A stretch of DNA of 64,000 nucleotides from the NCBI RefSeq assembly GCF_947492715.1, contig NZ_CANLNS010000007.1:140591-204590 (forward strand). The letters run 5' to 3'. The position numbers and the translations under genes were made by a program. The notes below the pieces were generated by a model, which was given only the letters and a program-made list of their open reading frames with translations, did no database searches and was not told where the DNA came from. Numbering within the stretch: the first letter of the stretch is position 1; the number at the start of each line of letters is the position of its first letter. Positions 51,204 to 64,000 of this stretch are shown piece after piece. This DNA is from an uncultured Psychroserpens sp. Its GTDB lineage: Bacteria > Bacteroidota > Bacteroidia > Flavobacteriales > Flavobacteriaceae.

Positions 51204-51731
51204 ATGAAAATGAAACCTTTTGCCTGGCTATTGCTATTATGCTTTAGTTTGAGCTTTCAATCTTGCTGGTTAACCGACACCGAAGATGACATCGTCACAA
51301 CTACTGTTCCCGATTATTACGTACCTGTAATTATGCAACGTTCAGTTTTCGAAAACACCACTACACTTCAAACAACTCCAGAAGTCATTGTCAATTCAGG
51401 AAAAATTTATGTAAAGGATAACTTCATTTTTATAAACGAACGCAATAAAGGTTTTCATATCATCAATAATACAGATCCATCTAACCCAGAAAATATAGCA
51501 TTTCTAAATGTTTTAGGATCTTCAGACCTGACGATTAAAGGCGCATCAATATATGTGAATAACGCAACAGATTTACTTGCGCTCACTTTAAATGCGCAAG
51601 AGGGCACAATGGAAATTACCAAACGTATCCCTAATGCCTTTCCTCAAATAAGCTCGCCATTAGGATCTAATTTTTATGGCGTACAAAACAACGAAATTAT
51701 TGTAGACTGGACCTTAAACGAGAACAACTAA
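51204..51731 (+). CDS. hypothetical lipoprotein
   Basis: MKMKPFAWLLLLCFSLSFQSC lipobox from ATG 51204. Paired with the next gene. Confidence 0.6.
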   Translation: MKMKPFAWLLLLCFSLSFQSCWLTDTEDDIVTTTVPDYYVPVIMQRSVFENTTTLQTTPEVIVNSGKIYVKDNFIFINERNKGFHIINNTDPSNPENIAFLNVLGSSDLTIKGASIYVNNATDLLALTLNAQEGTMEITKRIPNAFPQISSPLGSNFYGVQNNEIIVDWTLNENN

Positions 51732-51749
51732 ACTTAAAACCCACGAATT

Positions 51750-52487
51750 ATGAAAAAATATATCTTTTTAATAATAGCAGGACTTGTGTTGAGTTGTGAT
51801 TCTGACAGCTCAAGTGATTCAACCACTATGTCTAACGAAACTGGAAAAGCAGGTTCATTAGCGCGTTTTACATCCTACAATGATTATTTATATACTGTAG
51901 ATAATCAGAAACTAAATGTATTTAACATTGCTAACAGAGAATCTCCTGTAAAGGTAAATGAGCTTCAAATAGGGTTCAATATAGAAACCTTATTTAACTA
52001 TAAAGAATACCTGTATATAGGTTCTCAAAATGGAATGTATATCTATAGCGTTCAAAACCCTGAACAACCTCAATATTTATCTGATGTACAACATTTTACA
52101 GCTTGCGATCCTGTAATTGCCAACGCTACACACGCCTATGTTACATTGCATGCCGATATTGGATGTGGTACAACAATCAATGTTTTAGAAACCTATGACG
52201 TGACAGATGTTGTAAACCCTATTTTAATTTCTAGTCGAAATTTGACTAAACCTATCGGATTAGGATTGTACAATGACTATCTTATTGTTTGTGATGATGA
52301 AGTTAAAATATTTGATGTGTCTGATCCCAGTAATTCGGTCTTAGTTCATGCTATAAATCGCAGTGCTTTTGATGTTATTGTTAACAATAATACCTTGATT
52401 CTTATTGGTGAAAACGGATTATATCAATACAGCCTTAATCCAAATAGTATCCAAAACACAGAAGAGTTGAGCACTATCAACATCTAA
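51750..52487 (+). CDS. lipoprotein with LVIVD-like beta-propeller repeats
   Basis: Lipobox IIAGLVLSC. Repeated segments include YLIVCDD, YLYIGSQ and TLILIGE. Confidence 0.55.
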   Translation: MKKYIFLIIAGLVLSCDSDSSSDSTTMSNETGKAGSLARFTSYNDYLYTVDNQKLNVFNIANRESPVKVNELQIGFNIETLFNYKEYLYIGSQNGMYIYSVQNPEQPQYLSDVQHFTACDPVIANATHAYVTLHADIGCGTTINVLETYDVTDVVNPILISSRNLTKPIGLGLYNDYLIVCDDEVKIFDVSDPSNSVLVHAINRSAFDVIVNNNTLILIGENGLYQYSLNPNSIQNTEELSTINI

Positions 52488-52510
52488 AATCAACTTTCAT
52501 TCGTATATAA

Positions 52511-52537
52511 TTTAGCCTCACATTTAGTGAGGCTAAA
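52511..52537 (+). terminator. intrinsic terminator-like hairpin
   Basis: Perfect 11-bp stem tttagcctcac / gtgaggctaaa. The trailing T tract is weak. Confidence 0.5.
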
Positions 52538-52631
52538 TGTTTATATCAACATATTGATTTACACCTAAATTATCATATAAATTGTTATATTGCTACCATT
52601 AATTATGCTATTAAAACTCAACCAAACCAAG

Positions 52632-53243
52632 ATGAAATTTTTTAAGACATTACTACTCTCTACTCTTACTGTACTATGTTTTTCTGTGGCTTCTGCACAA
52701 ACAACCAATGATGAGGAAAAATTATCATTAAACAGTGGGACTATCGACAATCAATTTGAATACGTTATTAGACGTTCAAATAGCTGGCAAGATTATAAAA
52801 CAGTTAAGAAAACATGGCTTTATGCATTAAAAGCGCATACCATTGATTCTTTGAAAGCAGTTCATAAAGATTTAGATGATACTCAAGCTATTGTTCAAAC
52901 ACAAGCCAAGGAAATTGAAGACCTAAAATCTAATCTTGCTAACACTAAAACGAGTTTAGATAACACCATTGCCGAAAAAGATAATATGGAACTTTTCGGG
53001 ATTCAAACCAGCAAACCAAACTATAGCTTAATCTTATGGAGCATTGTTGGCGTATTGTCGGCACTTTTATTGTTCTTTATTTATAAGTTTAGAAATAGTA
53101 ATGCTATAACTAAGCAAGCCAAAAAGACCTTAGCTGAAACCGAAGAGGAATTTGAAGAGCACAGACGTGTTGCACTAGAACGTGAACAAAAAGTAAGACG
53201 TCAATTACAAGACGAAATTAACAAGCAAAAAAACAACGGATAG
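52632..53243 (+). CDS. secreted coiled-coil protein with C-proximal TM helix (hypothetical)
   Basis: Signal peptide MKFFKTLLLSTLTVLCFSVASAQ, a coiled-coil middle region and the helix LILWSIVGVLSALLLFFIY. Confidence 0.6.
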   Translation: MKFFKTLLLSTLTVLCFSVASAQTTNDEEKLSLNSGTIDNQFEYVIRRSNSWQDYKTVKKTWLYALKAHTIDSLKAVHKDLDDTQAIVQTQAKEIEDLKSNLANTKTSLDNTIAEKDNMELFGIQTSKPNYSLILWSIVGVLSALLLFFIYKFRNSNAITKQAKKTLAETEEEFEEHRRVALEREQKVRRQLQDEINKQKNNG

Positions 53244-53318
53244 TCATTTCTGAGGAAATAAAAATTCGTGTACTGTTTTAAATTTAAAATCTGTAATTTC
53301 GGTTACAGATTTTTTTTT

Positions 53319-53756
53319 ATGACTATCACGCACGCACAACTCAAAGACTTAGATGCCCTTATTGGCTTATTTGAAGGCTATCGCATATTCTACAAACAAG
53401 AACCAAATCCACAAGCTGCAAAGCGCTTTTTAACACAACGCATCGTTAAGAATGATTCTATTATATACATTGCTTATGTTAATAATCAACCTGCTGGTTT
53501 TACTCAGCTATACCCATTGTTTTCTTCTGTATACATGAAGTCAATATATATGCTCAACGATTTGTATGTAGCTTCCAAATTTAGAAACCAAGGTATTGGA
53601 GAAGCGTTGATTAATCGGGCTAAACATTTATGCCAGTCTGAAAATAATAAAGGTATGGCCATTCAAACAGCTTTTGATAATCCTGCGCAGCACTTATACG
53701 AACGCTTAGGTTTTGAGAGAGATACCGATTTGCAGTTTTTCTGGAAAAACGCATAA
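53319..53756 (+). CDS. GNAT family N-acetyltransferase
   Basis: FRNQGIGEALINRA acetyl-CoA motif. ATG 53319 preferred over GTG 53268. Confidence 0.75.
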   Translation: MTITHAQLKDLDALIGLFEGYRIFYKQEPNPQAAKRFLTQRIVKNDSIIYIAYVNNQPAGFTQLYPLFSSVYMKSIYMLNDLYVASKFRNQGIGEALINRAKHLCQSENNKGMAIQTAFDNPAQHLYERLGFERDTDLQFFWKNA

Positions 53757-53790
53757 ACTTCAACTCAAGTTTCAATTTAAAATTATATAA

Positions 53791-54675
53791 ATGAGCTATC
53801 ATATTTATACCGAAAACAATAAAGAATTAAAATTATCTGATATACTTCAAAGCGAGCATTTACCAACTAATGTAGCGATTGCTTTTGGACAATTAGAAGA
53901 TGAAATCATAAATGGTTACTCTAAACTATATATACCTCATCAATCTTCAAGAGGAGTCGTGATTACTAAAGATGATACCGAATATGACATCGAACTAAAT
54001 ATAGGCTCAAGTAAAGAAGATTATCATCTTGCGTCCAAAATTGCTTTAGCTCTAGGTACTTTAAATAACTCCAAAATTTCTCCTGAATTTGATGAGAGCC
54101 TGTCACTCAATGAATTTGAAAAAAAATATGACACAGCTTGGGCTGAGGAAAGTCAATCGATAGGTGTAAGTACATTGATAAGCATCGTAAAAGAAAAAAG
54201 CCCTATAGTAAAGATTAATGGTTGTAAACGAGGGTATTACTTTGGTGAAAACATGATAAATGAATTCTCTATAGATAACCCAGACGAAAAGCAGTTTACA
54301 GAACGTTTAGTTGAAAACATAAGACGCATTCAGTTCATTGAAGATTTAAATGAAGACCTAAATATCCCTAGTTTAATGGAAGCTGATTTCCCTGAAGGTG
54401 TAAAAACATTTATAGTTGTTCCTCCAGAGTTTAAACTATTACTTTTAAAATCAGACTTCATAGTTTTAAATGATAATAAAAATGTACTTAAAGTAGAGGC
54501 TAATAAATTTATTGATATTCTTAATACAAAGTCCATGCTCGAAAGACTAGACGAAGAACAATACATAATGAACCCAATTAAAACTAGTGACTATGCCGAG
54601 TTAATGGCCTTGTTTAACAAGGAACAACCGCAGAAAGAAAAAAAGAACAAAAAAAGCTGGAAATTTTGGAAATAG
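53791..54675 (+). CDS. uncharacterised 294-aa acidic protein with cationic/aromatic C-terminal tail
   Basis: Long clean ORF with no signal peptide and no motif I recognise. It ends in KEKKNKKSWKFWK. Lies 83 nt upstream of the helicase gene on the same strand. Confidence 0.7.
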   Translation: MSYHIYTENNKELKLSDILQSEHLPTNVAIAFGQLEDEIINGYSKLYIPHQSSRGVVITKDDTEYDIELNIGSSKEDYHLASKIALALGTLNNSKISPEFDESLSLNEFEKKYDTAWAEESQSIGVSTLISIVKEKSPIVKINGCKRGYYFGENMINEFSIDNPDEKQFTERLVENIRRIQFIEDLNEDLNIPSLMEADFPEGVKTFIVVPPEFKLLLLKSDFIVLNDNKNVLKVEANKFIDILNTKSMLERLDEEQYIMNPIKTSDYAELMALFNKEQPQKEKKNKKSWKFWK

Positions 54676-54758
54676 CGTCATGTCTAATACCATACAAAAA
54701 GTTCGATATGAACCATAAATAAAGGCCTTACTATCATAAAAAATTAAACTAAATACCT

Positions 54759-57497
<2,739 letters not shown>

Positions 57498-57608
57498 TCA
57501 AAACTCTCAATTAAAATAAATTTATCTATTTGCTGGCTACGGCAGCTTTAACATTAAAATTCTTAAGTCATCTTTAAAAGTATTCTTCCTCGACTCTATG
57601 ATTTAAAT

Positions 57609-57616
57609 TATCTTTG
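57609..57616 (+). promoter_or_regulatory. Bacteroidota -7 box TAtcTTTG
   Basis: Exact TAnnTTTG, 19 nt upstream of the trmD ATG. Confidence 0.55.
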
Positions 57617-57634
57617 CAGTCTTAATTACAACTT

Positions 57635-58312
57635 ATGCGTATAGATATTATTACCGTTTTACCAGAATTGATTAAAAGCCCGTTTGAAGCATCTATATTG
57701 AAACGTGCTATTGAAGCCAATTTGGTAAGTGTGCATTTCCACAACCTTCGAGATTATGCAACAGGAGGCTATAAGGCTATCGATGACACCCAATTTGGAG
57801 GCGGAGCCGGTATGGTTATGATGATCGAACCTATAGATAAATGTATAAGTAAATTACAAAGCGAACGCCACTATGATGAGGTGATCTATATGACTCCTGA
57901 TGGTGAACGCCTAACGCAAAGTATTGCTAATCAAGTGTCTTTAAAACAAAATATTATCATTTTATGCGGACACTATAAGGGTGTTGATCAACGCGTTAGA
58001 GACAAGTTTATCACGAGAGAAATATCTATTGGTGATTATGTCTTGTCTGGAGGTGAATTGGGAGCAGCAGTATTGTGCGATGCCGTTATTAGATTGATTC
58101 CAGGAGTATTAGGAAATGAAACATCTGCCCTTACCGATTCGTTTCAAGATGGTTTGTTAGCACCACCAATTTACACCAAACCACGTGAATATGATGGTAT
58201 GAAAGTGCCCGAAGTATTATTTAGCGGAAATTTTCCTGAAATAGAAAAGTGGCGGGAAGAAGAAGCCTATAAACGGACTAAAGAAAGACGACCAGATTTA
58301 TTGGACGATTAA
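57635..58312 (+). CDS. trmD: tRNA (guanine37-N1)-methyltransferase
   Basis: MRIDIITVLPEL, GGGAGMVM and IGDYVLSGGE motifs. Confidence 0.95.
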   Translation: MRIDIITVLPELIKSPFEASILKRAIEANLVSVHFHNLRDYATGGYKAIDDTQFGGGAGMVMMIEPIDKCISKLQSERHYDEVIYMTPDGERLTQSIANQVSLKQNIIILCGHYKGVDQRVRDKFITREISIGDYVLSGGELGAAVLCDAVIRLIPGVLGNETSALTDSFQDGLLAPPIYTKPREYDGMKVPEVLFSGNFPEIEKWREEEAYKRTKERRPDLLDD

Positions 58313-58329
58313 ATTATTGAAATAACCCG

Positions 58330-58665
58330 ATGGATGATTATCAATATTTATATACCGTAAGTCATGTTATTTATAATTTGGCTTCACTATTAGTCGTTAT
58401 CAGTTGTATTGTTATTGTGACTAAAAAAAGAACATTAGCAACAATATTAATGCTTATTGGAAGTGTGTTTGCTTTTCTTTTTGGTATTGGAAGTATTTAT
58501 ATATATGCCTTTACTGAAGCTTACGGAACCGACTCATCAATAAAAATGAATGCAATATCTAATTTAATTTCTGGTCTCGCTTATATAATATTTTGTTTAG
58601 GCTTGCTACTCTTTGCTATATCTCATTTTAAAAAAGACAGAACTAAAAATGAGTTCCTAGACTAA
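58330..58665 (+). CDS. small three-helix membrane protein (hypothetical)
   Basis: 111-aa ORF with three hydrophobic helices, inserted between trmD and rplS. Confidence 0.45.
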   Translation: MDDYQYLYTVSHVIYNLASLLVVISCIVIVTKKRTLATILMLIGSVFAFLFGIGSIYIYAFTEAYGTDSSIKMNAISNLISGLAYIIFCLGLLLFAISHFKKDRTKNEFLD

Positions 58666-58848
58666 AGTGTTAAGGATTGGAACGGCATCCTTTTTACATC
58701 ATTCTAGTTATGCCTAGTATGGCATCAAAAACCAGTAAAAAGATATAGTGAAAAGCCTGCCGTTTGGCTTCCTATAAAAAAGCCAAACGGAACACCCAAA
58801 AAATATGAATTAATAATTGTACGTTATTAATTATTAACTATCTTTGCA

Positions 58849-58856
58849 CCCACTTT
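58849..58856 (+). promoter_or_regulatory. Bacteroidota -7 box TAtcTTTG
   Basis: Exact TAnnTTTG, 64 nt upstream of the rplS ATG. Confidence 0.55.
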
Positions 58857-58919
58857 TGGATTAACCTCTGGCGAGAATCGTGAATGTTGATTTGAAACAA
58901 CCTTGATAAACATAATAAA

Positions 58920-59270
58920 ATGAGTTCTTTAGTAAAATTTGTACAAGACGAATTTGTAACAAAAAAAGATTTTCCAGAATTTGGAGCAGGTGATACTATT
59001 ACAGTGTATTACGAAATTAAAGAAGGAAACAAAACACGTACACAGTTCTTTAAAGGTGTTGTACTACAAGTAAAAGGATCTGGTACTTCTCAAACATTTA
59101 CAATTAGAAAAATGTCTGGAACTATTGGAGTAGAACGTATTTTCCCAATTAACTTACCTGCACTTCAAAAAATTGAAGTGAATAAAAGAGGTAAAGTTAG
59201 AAGAGCAAGAATCTACTACTTTAGAGGTCTTACTGGTAAGAAAGCAAGAATTAAAGAAGTTAGAAGATAG
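58920..59270 (+). CDS. rplS: 50S ribosomal protein L19
   Basis: 116 aa with FGAGDTITVYYEIKEG, TIRKMSGTIGVERIFP and KVRRARIYYFRG. Confidence 0.95.
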   Translation: MSSLVKFVQDEFVTKKDFPEFGAGDTITVYYEIKEGNKTRTQFFKGVVLQVKGSGTSQTFTIRKMSGTIGVERIFPINLPALQKIEVNKRGKVRRARIYYFRGLTGKKARIKEVRR

Positions 59271-59297
59271 TAAGCTTCGACCACATAATTTCGAAAG

Positions 59298-59324
59298 AGC
59301 CTTGACAATTGTCAAGGCTTTTTT
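59298..59324 (+). terminator. intrinsic terminator of rplS
   Basis: agccttgac-aatt-gtcaaggct hairpin plus a T-run. Confidence 0.8.
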
Positions 59325-59516
59325 AGTTATGAACTTTTGTTAATAACTGTGGTTTATAAAATGTGAATATCTAAATAGATCAAAAATTTGGAATTCTCAA
59401 ACAAAAACATACTTTAGCTAAACAATTAACAACAAACCTAGTTTGGTTTTGAATTAAGTTTTGAATTTATGTTAAATTGTAATAAAGCAACGTTCTTTAT
59501 ATAGTATTGTTTTTTG

Positions 59517-59937
59517 AGATTTTGAAAACTGCAGGTGTAAGCGTGTAAGTAGCGAAATCATGAAACTTGAAACAAATTAGATGTGTAAGCAGGTGATTTG
59601 AATGAAGTGGAAAGCTTTGAAAAAGTAACAGGAACGAAAGTAAATGTGAAAAGGATGAGCAATGTTTATCGAGGCAGTCTAACACGCAAGTGAAAGATTA
59701 AGAGAAATAAACATCAAGGAAAGCAAACTAAACCGAAACGAAGTAATAACAGGTCAATACATTTTGAAAGTTATGAAACGTTTCATTGAAATAGTGAAAC
59801 TTGAACCGAAAGAGACGAGGGAACGCAAGTTCAGCTGTCTCGATTTTAGCAGCAATGCTAAATAGGTCACGCAAAGCTATCTCAAAAAAGCCATGTCAAA
59901 GTAGTTCAGCTACCATGATATGGCTTTTGTTTTTTTA
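59517..59937 (+). ncRNA. candidate ~420-nt C-poor transcript or long 5' leader (5' end uncertain)
   Basis: ORF-free on the + strand and strongly purine-rich. Contains internal hairpins, including a GNRA-capped tagca-gcaa-tgcta, and repeated tgaaacttgaa and gtgtaagc words. Ends in a strong intrinsic terminator. A near-consensus -7 box TAgtATTG lies at 59502-59509. Confidence 0.3.
59886..59937 (+). terminator. strong intrinsic terminator with no upstream CDS
   Basis: aaaagccatgtca ... tgatatggctttt stem of at least 10 bp, with an inner gtag/ctac extension, followed by tttgttttttt. Confidence 0.7.
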
Positions 59938-59980
59938 TCTCTCTTCGTTTTTATAATTTTAATGACTAAACTTTGTATAC

Positions 59981-60556
59981 ATGAACCTTCCCTTTATTAG
60001 CGATGAAACCTACAAAAATATAAGTTATACAAAGCAGGAACTCCCAAAAGCCGAATATGATAATTGCACCTTTGTAAATTGTGATTTTTCAGAATCCTAT
60101 ATTTCAAATATTAGCTTCCTTGACTGCGAGTTTATAGATTGTAACTTTAGTATGGTAAAAGCAAAAGGTACCATTTTAAAAGATGTACTATTTAACAACT
60201 GTAAAATGGTAGGTTTTCCTTTTCACGACTGTAACGCCCTCTTTATGTCGTTCAAATTTAAAACGTCTCAATTAAATTTTGCTTCTTTTCATAATCTGAA
60301 ACTCAAAAACACAACATTTGATCAATGCAAGCTAGAACAAACAGATTTTACCGAAGCCGATTTAAGTGGTTCTAAATTTGATGACTGCAATTTACTTCGA
60401 GCCATTTTTGAACATACAAATTTAGAACATGTCAACTTTTCAAATTCTTACAATTTGTCTATAAATCCAGAACTTAATAAACTTAAGAATGCCAAGTTCT
60501 CAAAGGAGAATGCACTCGGACTCTTAAATAGCTATCAAATTAAAATTGAAGATTAA
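59981..60556 (+). CDS. pentapeptide-repeat protein
   Basis: Periodic A(D/N)LxX-type pentapeptides throughout, for example CTFVNCDFSESYISNISFLDCEFIDCNFS and TDFTEADLSGSKFDDCNLLRAIFEHTNLEHVNFS. Confidence 0.85.
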   Translation: MNLPFISDETYKNISYTKQELPKAEYDNCTFVNCDFSESYISNISFLDCEFIDCNFSMVKAKGTILKDVLFNNCKMVGFPFHDCNALFMSFKFKTSQLNFASFHNLKLKNTTFDQCKLEQTDFTEADLSGSKFDDCNLLRAIFEHTNLEHVNFSNSYNLSINPELNKLKNAKFSKENALGLLNSYQIKIED

Positions 60557-60687
60557 AACTTATGTATGGTTTTGAATTTGACAAAACAAAGCCAATAAAT
60601 TATCAATTTCTCAATTTCTTACTTAAAATGTGGTACTTCTCTAAAAAGCTCATTATGTAGTCTTTATGTATTTCAAAGAAACCTTAG

Positions 60688-62970
<2,283 letters not shown>

Positions 62971-62993
62971 CACTTTAACATTATATATAAAAA

Positions 62994-63023
62994 AAGACTG
63001 TCTATTTAGATGGTCTTTTTTTT
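62994..63023 (+). terminator. intrinsic terminator after icd
   Basis: aagactgtcta ... tagatggtctt imperfect hairpin followed by tttttttt. Confidence 0.5.
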
Positions 63024-63050
63024 ATACAGAACAAGTTGTAAATTTACAGA

Positions 63051-63986
63051 ATGACAAAAGAAAACCTAATTGCTTGCCATAATAGAATTAAGCCTTACAT
63101 CCACAAAACACCTGTTTTAAATTCAAGGTTAATTAATAATCTGGTAGGTGCCGAGTTGTTTTTTAAATGTGAAAATTTCCAGAAAACTGGGGCCTATAAA
63201 ATGCGTGGTGCCACCAATGCAATTATGTTGCTTACTAACGAACAAAAAACTAAAGGCGTTGTAACACATTCTTCAGGGAATTTTGCCCAGGCCCTGTCAT
63301 TAGCAGCACAGAGTTTAGACGTAAAAGCCACAATAATAATGCCTTCCAATTCTCCAAAGGTAAAAAAGGATGCTGTAAAAGAATATGGTGGCCATATCAT
63401 AACCTGCGAACCAACAATCGAAGCTAGAGAAGCAGCTGCAAATCACGTTATCAAGAAATCAGGAGCTACATTCATTCACCCATCAAATGATCCCAATGTC
63501 ATTTTAGGTCAAGGTACAGCCTGTATGGAATTACTAAATGAAATCCCTAATTTAGATGTCGTGTGCTGCCCTATTGGAGGTGGTGGATTAATTGCTGGGT
63601 CGGCATTATCTGCACACCATTTTGGCCAACATTGTAACGTTTTTGGGGGAGAGCCATTTGAAGCAGATGATGCTTATAGGTCTTTACGCTCAGGGAAAAT
63701 AGAAACCAATAAAACTGCAAATACAATTGCTGACGGGCTAAGAACACAATTAGGTCATCATAATTTCCCAATTATCAGGGAACATGTCAAGGAAATTATT
63801 AGAGTCACAGAACAAGAAATTGTGCAAGCGATGCGTTATGTTTGGGAACGAATGAAAATCATTATTGAACCCTCAAGCGCTGTTGCGGTTGCGGCTATAT
63901 TAAAAGAAAAAGAACAATTCAAAAACAAAAAAGTGGGTATTGTTATTTCAGGCGGAAATGTTGATGTTAATAGACTTCCCTTTTAA
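63051..63986 (+). CDS. PLP-dependent threonine/serine dehydratase-family enzyme (fold type II)
   Basis: FKCENFQKTGAYKMRGA (PLP lysine context), HSSGNFAQA and a GGGGLIAG glycine loop. Confidence 0.75.
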   Translation: MTKENLIACHNRIKPYIHKTPVLNSRLINNLVGAELFFKCENFQKTGAYKMRGATNAIMLLTNEQKTKGVVTHSSGNFAQALSLAAQSLDVKATIIMPSNSPKVKKDAVKEYGGHIITCEPTIEAREAAANHVIKKSGATFIHPSNDPNVILGQGTACMELLNEIPNLDVVCCPIGGGGLIAGSALSAHHFGQHCNVFGGEPFEADDAYRSLRSGKIETNKTANTIADGLRTQLGHHNFPIIREHVKEIIRVTEQEIVQAMRYVWERMKIIIEPSSAVAVAAILKEKEQFKNKKVGIVISGGNVDVNRLPF

Positions 63987-64000
63987 TAATTAATTAACTT

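Noticed and set aside
59497-59685. 62-aa minus-strand ORF in the ORF-free region after rplS
   Set aside because: The open frame is a by-product of the C-poor + strand, which makes the minus strand G-poor. The peptide is low-complexity Leu/Ser/His/Phe, with no ribosome-binding or promoter context. I treat the region as non-coding.
59325-59980. Known structured RNAs (tmRNA, RNase P RNA, 6S, cobalamin or other riboswitch) or a CsrB-like GGA-decoy RNA
   Set aside because: There is no tRNA-like acceptor/T-arm or tag ORF, no GAGGAAAGUCC-type RNase P core and no B12 box. Only about four AGGA motifs occur in ~400 nt, far below CsrB-type density, and CsrA is not typical of Flavobacteriia.

Overview
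This window is a low-GC chromosomal segment from a Bacteroidota organism, probably a Flavobacteriia member. Three things support that placement: five proteins end in Por/T9SS C-terminal sorting domains, several genes have TAnnTTTG -7 promoter boxes, and the bamD-rpoZ-coaBC-DUF4835-recN synteny is present. Most of the window is housekeeping: coaE, fabI, recN, coaBC, rpoZ, bamD, dapA, ligA, prmC, ribD, dnaA, mltG, dapF, htrA-like, gap, trmD, rplS, monomeric icd. The dnaA locus lies at 38.7 kb. I saw no rRNA, tRNA, CRISPR array, transposase or integrase. The non-routine parts are: (1) four consecutive T9SS cargo genes (3466-13827) built from about ten PPC-like 'ND-x-C' modules, with near-identical internal DNA repeats and a shared exact 12-mer upstream; (2) a GH20-cutC-GH2 glycan-trimming operon; (3) two paralogous membrane-protein genes with duplicated promoter regions; (4) a two-gene module (53791-57497) of an unknown 294-aa protein plus an SF2 DEAH helicase that carries a (GAT)10 poly-Asp insert, a C-terminal transmembrane hairpin and an extra domain, which is my best candidate for an undescribed system; (5) a roughly 650-bp ORF-free, C-poor stretch ending in a strong intrinsic terminator just upstream of a pentapeptide-repeat gene, which is a candidate ncRNA or long leader. 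All functional calls rest on motif recognition by eye. No database search was run.
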